NCBI GenBank assembly: GCA_002633005.1
Contig: NMRA01000033.1
Span: 1,207,815-1,271,814 of the forward strand
Reading direction: 5' to 3'
DNA: 64,000 bases
Source of the DNA: Phoronis australis
Lineage: Eukaryota; Animalia; Phoronida
The first letter of the stretch is position 1. Every line of letters begins with the position of its first letter. A program made the translations under genes and the position numbers. The notes below the pieces were generated by a model. It was not told the origin of the DNA. It was given only the letters and a program-made list of their open reading frames with translations, and searched no databases. This document shows, piece after piece, positions 52,998 through 64,000 of this stretch.

Positions 52998-55900
52998 GAT
53001 AACATAGTTGTAAATATAAGTTCTAACTTGTTTACCAACGTCACCATCTTGCTTTCCAGACCCAAAAGTTAAAACGTGATAATGATCACTTGAACAAACT
53101 CTTAGTAAGTTTCAAATTTTACTCCAAACTTTCGAGGTTTGACGAAGATTACAAAACGTAACCATGGTTTAAGAACTAAGATTATGAGGAGCTCTATCGG
53201 CGTTCTGAAATTTCTAGTACTACAAATTTTAACTCGGTGAAAGTATTATTTTCTGAAAGTAGAAAACATGTAAATTTGGAATTTTGACAAACGGGCAATA
53301 ATGGGGTCACGTGACCATGTATTTTAATAAATTTCAGTAAAAAATACAGGTTAGCAAAACAATGGTATCAATACATTGACCAAATTTCATTTGTCAATGA
53401 TATAAGTATTCAAGATCAGATGAAATATCAAATACACGTTACGGATTCCTTAATTATCGTTTTGTTTTCGTTTGATGCAGCTTTTGCGGTGCTACATTAA
53501 CATCGTAAAACTCGTTTTTTCGATGTAACTTCATGCAAAAGGAGAACATTTTAAAAACAATCTCTATCAGTATATAGAAATGTGTAAATATTTTCAGATT
53601 TGTGTTCATTAGGTCACGTGATGTGGCCAGCAGATGCAGATCAGACTTGAAAATCTTTGCAATTCCTAACTGTGTTTTGGAGAAAAGAGTATGAAGCATA
53701 CTTTGTGAAAGTTTCATTTAAGTGTGATCAGCTCTTTCATAATATGAGTTACAATGCAAACATGGAGCAGACGTCAACGCAAAGTAAAAACGACGCGCCC
53801 TCTATAAGAAATAGTAAGACTCCTTTACTGCGTGATTTTTCTTTTACAAATTATACTTCATAATAATATATTTTGTATTCATTTGAAGCATTTTCATATC
53901 AAATCATTTAATATTTTCTCCTTGTTTTTGTCTGCAGTGGAATTAATATCCTGTCCACGTCGGCGTTACGTTTCGTTTCAGCTAAACCGCAAGCAAAAAT
54001 GGCTGCTGAAAAGGCTTATGGACACTGGAAAGGCTGAAGCAGATTGACATCGACATTACAGTCACGTGATCTTGATTTTTGCATGAAATCATGTCATGTC
54101 ATGCTTGCTATAGCACCCATCTTAATTGTACTTTCAATAAGAAATAAAACTAGATGTTGCGAATTAATTAGTTTGGCTGTAAATTTTGAAAAGTATTATC
54201 GTTGTTCATGCAGTGGAAAGTATTGACTGTTGATATGAAGGACGGGCCATCGGGTAAAGGAGAGACTTAGCATGGAAGACATAGAAGAGATATAGGAAAG
54301 GTGGGCCTTCACGTGTGAAATGCGGACCCCAAAACACAAGTCGATACTTGCTGAGTGGTCACTTCATTCTAAACTCGCTGAACACATAAAAGAACACAAC
54401 AACGGGGTTCATTGAAATAATCTGTCGTCCGTTTTTCATGTGACACTTAAAACAATTAACTGTTTTGAATGACGCAACAAATATACACTCTTCCAAAGGT
54501 CACTGGAATAACGTGTATGCGTCCACAACAGACTTTACCACTTTTAAACCTAAAAATGTATGATCCTTTTATCTGTTTATAATTCTGAAACGTGAGCAGA
54601 CGACACTACCTCTGTCAGGCTCTACGGTGCTTGGTGATCCCTTCGATAAAAATGCTCTTCTATAAACACGTAGAAACCATTGTGAATGACACTCTTGCTT
54701 AGTTCGCCAATAAAAACTCTCACAGATGAAAACTTAATCATTTATATAATTGATCTGGCACATAGTGAACTATAAATTACCCAAATTATCTTTAAAATCA
54801 AATGATGGACACCAAAAATATAGGATACACATACATCCATAGAAACAATGTTTGTGATGTACATGTACTAACAGTTTCATCCTGTGCATCATACGGATCT
54901 TAGAGGCTTCCAGTCACCACAATTTCAGACTCCCACCATCTTAGTAACAATTAAGACTACAAATGTAATTAAAGAAAATGTGATAGTTTTAGATTAAATC
55001 GTGTTTGCTTTCTTCATTCAAAATGTTGATACATAGTGATTACCATTCTCAATAACTGAAAGCAGCTATATTTAAAGATGCAAAAACTGTAGTGCAATTC
55101 GTCTGTATTGTCTAATTAACAACATTCAGGTTCTTAAAGGCTGTGGTTGTAGTTAAGATGGTGATGATGAAGACCCTAGGGAACTGAGGTGGCACTATGT
55201 AACTTAAGACAAAAACATAATGATGAGCAGATCCTGTTAACTTTGCTGTTCCCTTATTAAAAGTCCTGTGATCATCACTTTTAGCATCACTAACACATCC
55301 CGATGACTCTGTTCCCACCTCCATGGAGATTGTCGTATTGTCATCATCACTTTCAGCATCATTGCATAGCTTGGTCAATTTTCCTTTAACCTAGAACTTT
55401 CCAGACTCCATACTAGTGACATTTAATCAGTGTATCACCTGAAAATAAAAGTGAAGCTTTTAAACATGCATTTTGCTATGATTAAAGTTCGAAGATTAGG
55501 CAGGATTTTGTATTTCGTAATAGATGCATTGTAAAAACTGTCATAAAACAGTTTTTGTTAATTTTAGAGATTTACAGGAATTTTCTGTATGTTTTATTAA
55601 ACTTAGGCCGGACAGGTATCTACTTAGTTTCAAGATTTTTTACAATTTTTACAAATTTCTTAGAGTAGAACTTTAAACATTTGACAGGTATCCTTGCACA
55701 CAAGCTGTCATTCCTGTAAGGTACATGTATGATCCTACATTCTTACCAAAATATACTACACAATAATATAACATTAATAACAATAATAACAACAATACTT
55801 TTGTGATTTCTTTGTAGTTCAAATCTGTTTGGTGTGTTCCCTTTTAGCATCCCTGCAGGTCGATAGTCCAACGGGGAGTTAGTCGGAAAGACTTTAAAGG

Positions 55901-56044
55901 AGCAATGGCCTTTTGGGCGTCTGAATTAAGTTGTGTTTTTCTTATTACTACTTTAATTTTTATAGGTTTGTGGTCTCAAGACCAAAGGACCTTTATTCTA
56001 GACAGTGTTAACCCGAAAAATGTGTTGTTGTTTGTTTGTGAAAA

Positions 56045-56305
56045 TTTGACTTCACTAAAAAGGATACTAAACCATGTTTTGATGATTTCAACCAATCCTG
56101 GTCCTGTCATTTGATAATGCATCATTGGCGCCAATCTTGAAAGAGCTGGAATTAACTAAAAACTCATACCCCTATCTCGCATTTTGGTCCTTGGTGAGTG
56201 GTCTTTTCCCACAGTTGCCGTGTAATTCTCTAAAGCGTAGGTCGCACTTGGCAGTTTCGCAATTTTTCAAAATAGTTTCAAAATTTTCCGCCGAACTTTT
56301 CAGAG
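56045..56305 (+). repeat. Dispersed repeat, pair with 43660-43930
   Basis: Same colinear motifs as 43660-43930. Confidence 0.7.
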
Positions 56306-56643
56306 TATTCGAAAGTTACTGGCCGTTATTTCGTTCCAGAAAACTGGAGATTAAATTCTTTTTTATCTGTTAATAAGTCAAAACCAGGTTTGGCATCCTT
56401 TTGATTTTCTGAAGTGACTGTAGTCGGAAGAGCTATTGGTCTCATTGGTCCACTGAGCATTACATTTTGAAATATACCTGATTACAGGCCCGTAGGAAGG
56501 CAAAAAATAATGGAGGGGCACAAACCATTTCGACGTCGCCAAATAACTACCCCATCGTCACCACCTCCGCTACCTCCTCCCACTCTCGCCCCCGTCCTTC
56601 CGATGCGACCATATTTGTACCGAATCTCCCACGTGGGGAGGCA

Positions 56644-56803
56644 CAGTGGCGGATTCAGGGGGCCAAGAGGTCATGACCCTCCGAAAATTCTCCCGGATTC
56701 CGTTTGTCAGTTTAGAGGAGTCAATTTATGACTGGTAAAACCCTTGCTAATACTCTGTCTTGCCCCCCCCCACTCCCAACTCAAAATCCTGGATCCGCCT
56801 GTG
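56644..56803. mobile_element. Short CAG-terminated MITE
   Basis: CAGTGGCGGATTCAGG ... CCTGGATCCGCCTGTG. Related ends lie near 26287 and 52476-52490. Confidence 0.6.
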
Positions 56804-59113
56804 GGACGGCAAATCCGGGGATCCAGCCATTAAGATTGAGTTGTGTAACCGTGAACCAACAGGAAAAGTAAGAATGGACCAAGTACATTGACCGGTAGCG
56901 CGGAGCTGCCTCAAGTAGCTATAGCTGAGATATACCAGAATGTTGAAAAAAAAGAAATTTTGGATGAACTAAAGCTAGGTACTGGTCAGCACAACTACAT
57001 GTATGATTCACTTGAGACAGGCAGATTAGCTCGTACCAGCCGTCTACGCTCGTTCTAAGGTCAAGATTCATTTTGTTGTGATCCAGTTTCGGAAAAACTT
57101 TATTTTATTATGGTCATTCTTTGAAAGAGATTTTTTTTATGAAAAGGTGAGGACCCAAAATCCCTGGTATAGTGCCCTTGGGACTATTTCAAAATCCTTA
57201 GTTGAAACACGACCGGTAGTTCAGTTTCTGGCTGCTGAGGAAAAGCAATCAATTCAGTTTTGAAGGACAAAAATTCATTACTCAATACTACTAGAAACTA
57301 AAAACACCAAGGAACTGTGAAGACAACCTTTCCAAGAAATGAGTTTAATTTTATTTATTTGAGGATTTTAAAACGTTTTTTCTATCTACGGTTTGTGTGT
57401 ACGAATTTCATCAATGTCTTTGAGAGTTATTTTAGATACATGTATGCTAAGTGTACTTCACAATTTGGGAATCCGATTGGCATAGTTTTTCCAACTTCAG
57501 GCAGCAATTAAATTCACTGAATTATCACCAATTCTTACAAGATTAGCTTCTAATTGTCAAAATCATCTATGAATATATCGATATTTGTAGATACATAAAC
57601 AAGTAAATTAGAAACCAACGAATTTGTTAATCAAACAGGAATGTTATGCGCAATTTTCGCAGGGTATTCGTATTAAGGGGTTTTTTCAGAGGTACCTATA
57701 ATGGTTCACGATGTAAACTTGAATTCCACTGACAAAAAAAACGTTGAAATCTTTGTTTATGATTGCGAGAGTTCTTTGTGTACGCCTTTCGACATGTACA
57801 CGATCATTACAAATAGTAGCCTAGACAGCAATGTTTTCCACTCGGCACAAGTGGGAATTCCTTACAAACAACTCATAGTGACCATGTTCAAAAGAAATTC
57901 TATTCTTGTGATAATACGGGAAACAGTAACAGTATTTTATAACTAACCATCGGAAATAGTCCTTTTGTGTAATTCACAAGTAGTGGTTTTCACGTTCTTC
58001 AAAATTTACGTGAACAACCTCGTTGAAAACGTCTGTGCACATCAAAGTTGGGTGCACACATATAACAAATTATTTCCCTTGAAACTGAATTAATAAAGGA
58101 TGCAATGCATTTTTATGTCGTCTAGAGTAACTGTAAGCACTGTAGTTGATTTGTGTGGTCTTACGTCGGTCACGACTTTAGGGCCTCATTCCCAATGGCC
58201 GGCGACATCAGCGACCATTTCAAAACTCTGCTTACGGAGACAAACAAGGATTAAGATTGGTAGAACACGTATATTTCTGAAGGCTGATATATGTCCATGA
58301 CATCACATGAGCAGTTGCTAACGGACGTTGGGTAGTATGACCATCAGCTGCTTATTGTGCGTATGTTCACACTTTAGGGCACTGGTGTCTAATTACAGAA
58401 ATTCATAAGCAGTTTAATAGAATGGCTGCAGGACGGGATTGAACTGGAACCTGGTACAACACTTCGGGGCGGCAGGTGGCACCAGTGGATTATTAATTAA
58501 AATGTGTTTGCCTGACTTACTTGAATGAATCTATGTAATATTTCTGATGCTAAAATGTTTAGTGCCGATCATCACGAATTGTTGTGTCGCCTCTCCCTTC
58601 CCCCTCCTCCCCTCCGGAGAGGGTTCCGCACGAGACAAATCTCCCTCCATCCTAGCTACAGGTGCGCCCTTCAGGATGTAAATGTACACAGAAGTCCTTG
58701 CCCTAACTATTGCATACTTCTGTATGCATTATACATTGCTCCTTGCTATTTACCGTCAATCTTAATGAACTTGCACGTTCGTCTTCTTCACTATCTTAAT
58801 CATATTTTCTAACTTAGAATAAGTAATGCTTGTGTAAAAATTTTGCACCTCCATTTTGGTTGATATGAATTCTGATGAGACTGATCATCGCTCACATATA
58901 CATGGTATCAGTCTGATTAGGATCGTTTTTGATCAGTGACAAGAATTCGTATAAATTACTAGGGCTGATGAAAAACTTAGATCTTATATTACACCATTCG
59001 TTAATATTAATTCTTATCAACATCTTATAACATGTCATACCATTCTTAGAAATAGTCGAAATTAATCCATTTTAAAGAGTCATTTCTAATAAATTTTATC
59101 AAAAGTAATTGAT

Positions 59114-59215
59114 TGTGTACACCTGTCGTGCACGCGCAGGCATAGTGCTTCTGTGCACCTGTTGTGTACGCGCAGATATAGTCCCTGTGTACACTTGTCC
59201 TACACGCGCAGATAT
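59114..59215. repeat. Minisatellite, 3 copies of about 35 bp
   Basis: Unit approximately TGTGTACACCTGTCGTGCACGCGCAGRYATAGT. Confidence 0.8.
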
Positions 59216-62200
59216 GCATGCATATAGAGGGACAAAGGGAAATCTACCCCGAACTACTCCACCGAGAGAGGGGACACCTTAATTTGAAAGGCTAAACATC
59301 ATTAAGCTGGGAAAAAAGTGACAATTCATTTCACCGTCGTGTGGTCGCAAAACGATGCAGGGGGTGACTTCCTTCAAAATGAAATTACAATTTCACAAAA
59401 AACATGAAAATAGAGGTAATTGATTCCAACATTGGGCCCTCTCTCCGTGAGCCGCCCCGTAAGAATTTGTCAATAAAAATACAAAAAGGCGGCCACTTGA
59501 ATGTCATAAATGGCCTCCTTCAAGGGCGGGGTTTCCTAAATATGAAAATACCCATGTTTTCAAATATCAAGAAATGCGCAACAATTGTTGTTATCTGTCA
59601 GGTCATCAATTTTTCTCAAGTGATATACAGTTTCGAGAAAAAAGTATAAAGCGAAAGTTGTCTCCGTCATCCCTTGCCAGAGAGGGGCCTCTAGAAAAAT
59701 ATAGTTTTGCTTTCGCAAAATTGACTTACTGAATTTTAACATCTAGTAAATTAGTACGCTCCGCTTTACAAATTTTCTCGATTTTTCGAAATACATGTGT
59801 GCGTTTAGACGACCTGTGATGCAAAAGCGAAGACCATAACGACAGTGTCCTGGCCAGGGTCCTCAAAAGGTAATCCATGCACTGATGCAGGTTTGTTTAG
59901 TGTTCTCTAGAATTTTCTCTCTTATCCGTTTTTCGCAGTCTTTCTTTTTTCGAACGTCCCCGGCACCACGCCTATGTCGGTTGCCACGGTTTAACCCAGG
60001 CGCATGAAAATGTTTTTGGGGGCCCCTGCCCCTCCGCCCCCCCCCCCCCGTGTCCTGGATTAGCAGGCATGAAAAAGTGTGAGGTAACTATATCGCCATG
60101 ACCACGATTGGTGGGTGGCAGGGCTAGGATGGCAAGTAAAAATTCCCGAAAGAACCCTGCATTTTCAAAACAAAGTCTTTAACATTTGCATTCATTATAA
60201 TTCTTAATTGTGCTCAAATGTACTAAAACAGCAGTTTTCTATATGTTCTGATGCAGTGTCATCACCCAACTCAATTTCAGACTAAAGGTCCTTCGAACTA
60301 AAATTCCTTTGCTTTGAAGACTATAAAAGGTCCTTCGGAATACAGGATCGACCAACCCCATCTCAGCACATCTCGTATAGAGACATCACAAACAATAAAG
60401 TAATAATAGCTGAACAGGTATTACCGTATCCTAGGTATCACCAAGAAATAAATTTTGAAATAAAATAGAAATTGCATGGTATAATTTGAAAAACAAGTAA
60501 TTTTAGTTACATGAAATACCTTTCAGACGATCTATCAGAAAAGTTTTTGGATAATTTAGCAGAACTGAATACACCTTGTGACGAAAACGGCACCTCCTCA
60601 TTTCTTCATCTGAAACAAATTTTAAATGCAGTGATCTATGCTGCACTTTTACGTTTGTTTTCATTTGTTTGTCTAACTTAAAGCTGTCTTCTAAATTTCC
60701 ATTAACATGAGTTTGAAAGTTTTTAAGTTATTCTGCTACATTAAATGGTTCAACTAGTAAATAATAAATATGTTGGGAAGCCAACTGTTGCAAATAACGA
60801 AATGTGCAATGTTTTACAGTGCTACTTGATTAAGTCTGAAAAAACAGGCTGTATGCTAGCGGAATAAGACTCAAAATGACTCTGTAGTTACATTATGAAA
60901 GTAATGATTCACTTGGACCTCGCACTCACGAGTTTAAGAACATAAAATTACAGAAACCATGCGACAATTTGTAGAATTATTATTATAATTTTCCTTAAAC
61001 TCGCAACACCTTCATAACTCACCCATGTGAAGTTGCATGTTTCCCTACTCTGAGAAAACAAGCACCAAATTCTACCTTCATCTGTATCATTGTCCCTTGA
61101 ACTGAATGGATTGACGACATTCTCATCTGAAAAAAAATCAAAACTGTCAATAGAAATGAATTGCTGTCTATAGTCCAAGGGGTCTATAGTCCGAAAACAA
61201 TGGGATCTATCGTCCGAAAAGTCAATAGTCGGAACAATAGTTTTTTTTACATTGTTCCGTAATCTACAGAATTAAATGTCTTCAAGATTTTAGATAATTT
61301 TACATCATATTCTACATCTTTCAAAATTCCGTAAAGCTCTGTAAAGCAAGCACAGCTCTCTTTCTTGAAATCGTGGTTATTTAACGAACAACAACCTGAA
61401 CAAGCTACGAACACTTAGTTTAATGTTGCAGATTATTCTTGGTGACTATCGAGTTTGTAACGTAAGTTAAATTTCCCCTTAACTCTTTGGAGTGTTGTTC
61501 AATCGAGCCACAGAACTTTTGGACCAACCATCCCTTAATTATTGAGGCCATTAAGCGGACATCAAAGTTACTTAGAGAATTCAAAGATATTTTAGGTATT
61601 TTTTCTCATGGTCTGGTCTGGTCTGGTGTTTGTGCCGTCCTTTTAATGACAACAGAAAATATGTATAGTGAAAACACATTCTAGGCACATAGTTAGTAGA
61701 GATTTGAGAACCTGTATATTTTGGCAACCCATAGAAAATAACTTCAGTAAATTATTTTACCCTAGAATTTCCCGTTTCAAGTTTGAGATTTGGTTTTCAG
61801 TCACTGATTTCAGGGTTCATTTAAGGGTTGAAAATGATCTAAGGTTGTTACTAGATCACTCACATTGAGTCAATGTGAAAACATGAACTGTTTCATGCAA
61901 CACTAAGAAGATACTCACATGTAAAAACTGGGAAAACAACACAGAATATCTATACCTTTGGTCGCTAATTTGTGCTTGGCATGTAGAATTGAATCTGATC
62001 AAAGTGTAAAAGTTTTATGAGCGATTTCATTCAATGCCTCAAGATATGCTTTAGTGTAAATGCTTCTTATTAGAATTTGTTACATGCATGCCTAATTATT
62101 GCTTATTTATTTGATACAGGGATTCCGTCTTAGAGGGCCTTTTATAGCGTTCCAGTCCACAAAATGGACGAATTTCGTAAGAATATCGCTACTGAAAGGG

Positions 62201-62954
62201 TCCCCATTTGTAAGGAATTCTCTCAGAAAAGGCACCATATCGCAGTGAATCTGGAAAATCTTACTAAGTGCAATTATTGTTCTCATCGATATAAAGCATA
62301 GTAATCTAAAACTCTCTGGTGTTTTATAGTAAAAAGAATTCTTCAACTCATAATAAACGGGTGGTTAGATTTTGAAATGTTTTAGGAAGGACAGATGCGA
62401 GTATTTGGCCGCATCTTCTGCATTAGAAATAGTTTCTAGGACCCTGCCAAATGCATGTTAGCCATCAATTATAACATGCCAACTTTTTGCAATAACTTAA
62501 ATAATCAAAATATTGAAAGACTTACCATAGACTTCGATCTTGAATGTACCATCTTCTACACAAACATACTCGTTGCAGATAAAACTTGTCTCAACTCCAA
62601 CTCTAAAACACTAAAATCAAAACCTCAGAGGCTTGTTACAGTGGAAGGTCAAGTAACTTAATATCCTGTATGGCCATTACACAACACTGTACCAATGTAG
62701 GTCACATATGGAAGGCTGGAGCAGGGCACTCATAATAACAGGGACATCTTTTGGGAGAGCCTGACCAGAGTTATATATAGGATGTCCTTTTGAAACCAAG
62801 TTGTTGAGAAAATACATGTGGAGAAACTGTGCATGTCAAATAACAGTTTCTGATAGGTCTGAAATTGTGCATTATATATACCCCACAATTTTTTGCACCC
62901 TCCCAGTAAAGGTCTCATATATAAAAATGCCCCGGATCTGTATAGTTCTCTTAG

Positions 62955-62989
<35 letters not shown>

Positions 62990-63054
62990 GTGTCCGTGTG
63001 TGTGCGTGTATGTGTGTGTGTGTGTGTGTGTACATATATACATGTATATATATA
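62955..63054. repeat. (TA)n(TG)n microsatellite between TATA box and ATG of copy C
   Basis: Directly visible. Confidence 0.9.
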
Positions 63055-63088
63055 GAACCCTATGCAGAATGTACTGAAAACTTGAAGA

Positions 63089-63182
63089 ATGGCGTCGATG
63101 TTTATGGGAAGCTTCGCTGTAATATTAGTTGCATTGACCTTCGCCTTTCAGGGTGCACAAATTGTGTCCGCCAGTCACCCGT
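63089..63182 (+). CDS. Copy C: first (signal-peptide) exon of the same family; the rest probably lies beyond the window
   Basis: Reads MASMFMGSFAVILVALTFAFQGAQIVSA-SHP then T|GTAAGT. The 5' context (GAAAACTTGAAGAATG vs GAAAACTTGGAGAATG), the exon end CACCCGT|GTAAGT and about 200 nt of intron are visibly homologous to copy B. TATATAAAAA at 62918-62927. Not in the ORF track. Confidence 0.7.
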
Positions 63183-64000
63183 GTAAGTATTTAACTTAGT
63201 TACAAATCCAATATTTACTGAGCCTACGACAATGTTCACGATTAATTATTTTCAACGATATTACTGTCGTGTGATCAACAAAATTCTGCGTACAGCTCTA
63301 GCCTAATTATTCTAATCCAACATTTATAAAAAAATCTGCCACCACAAGTTTTTCTAAAGACGGGGTGCAATGACTTTGGAAATAAACAAAAAACGTATAG
63401 GCTTCACACAATGAGATATTTCAAAGAAATGTCATATACGTAAACCATAATTAGTCAGGTAGCCGGAAATGGGTATCTAGAATTTCTCAGTAGCATAAGA
63501 TTTTTAATTGTTTCCTGTCTAGGCGCATCCCACACCATGAACCTTGAGCATTTTAATATTTAGACCGTGACGCCATTTTGCAAAATTATATTTATGCTTT
63601 ACGGTTTCCTTGGTGTTGTGTTTATGTTTACGTTAGAATCGGGCATGTGACTACAGCTGATGGGATGAGTGCAGTGTGTGGGTTGATGACTCTAGGAAAC
63701 AGGGCTTATTATGTAATAGTGTTACTCATATACATGTAGTTCCGTGCAGCAGTTGTAGTGAGTTCTATGTATAATTGGATATATTCCAAGAAATAACCTT
63801 TAAATATGGCCATGTTCGTAGTACAGCTATTCATTGACAAGAAAATTCGGTGACAAATTTGGTAAGGGCAAGTAAAATCATGAAAGTGACTAGATTAGTT
63901 ATAGGGTTAGAATCATATAAATTCTGTATGAGAAGGCATTGCAGTTCAGAACGGAGATGTAAACGGGTTAAGACGTAGTGAAGCAGTTTATGAAGTTAAA

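Noticed and set aside
59114-59215. CRISPR-like repeats (also 2062-2275 and 61165-61240)
   Set aside because: There are no unique spacers or cas genes and the context is eukaryotic; these are simple degenerate tandem repeats.

Overview
AT-rich, intron-containing animal genomic DNA. It is probably from a marine invertebrate (lophotrochozoan-like, an inference); there are no prokaryotic features or CRISPR. The only confidently intact gene is a two-exon ladybird (Lbx) NK-class homeobox gene on + (13632-14241 joined to 21684-22030, about 318 aa), surrounded by candidate homeodomain/Pbx/TCF/NK2 enhancer clusters. Downstream I reconstructed by hand a local family of unrecognised, secreted, Cys-patterned protein genes that the ORF track largely misses. 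Copy A is a six-exon, phase-consistent but stop-containing gene on - (35544-32032). Copy B is on + and broken by a LINE (46227-49567). Copy C shows only its first exon (63089-63182) and continues past the window. The rest is transposon debris: a decayed THAP/DDE ISL2EU-type DNA transposon apparently nested in the target-site duplication of a heat-shock-element-rich solo LTR, two LINE remnants, several MITE families, tRNA-derived heads and microsatellites. All alignments and translations were done by eye and no database search was run.
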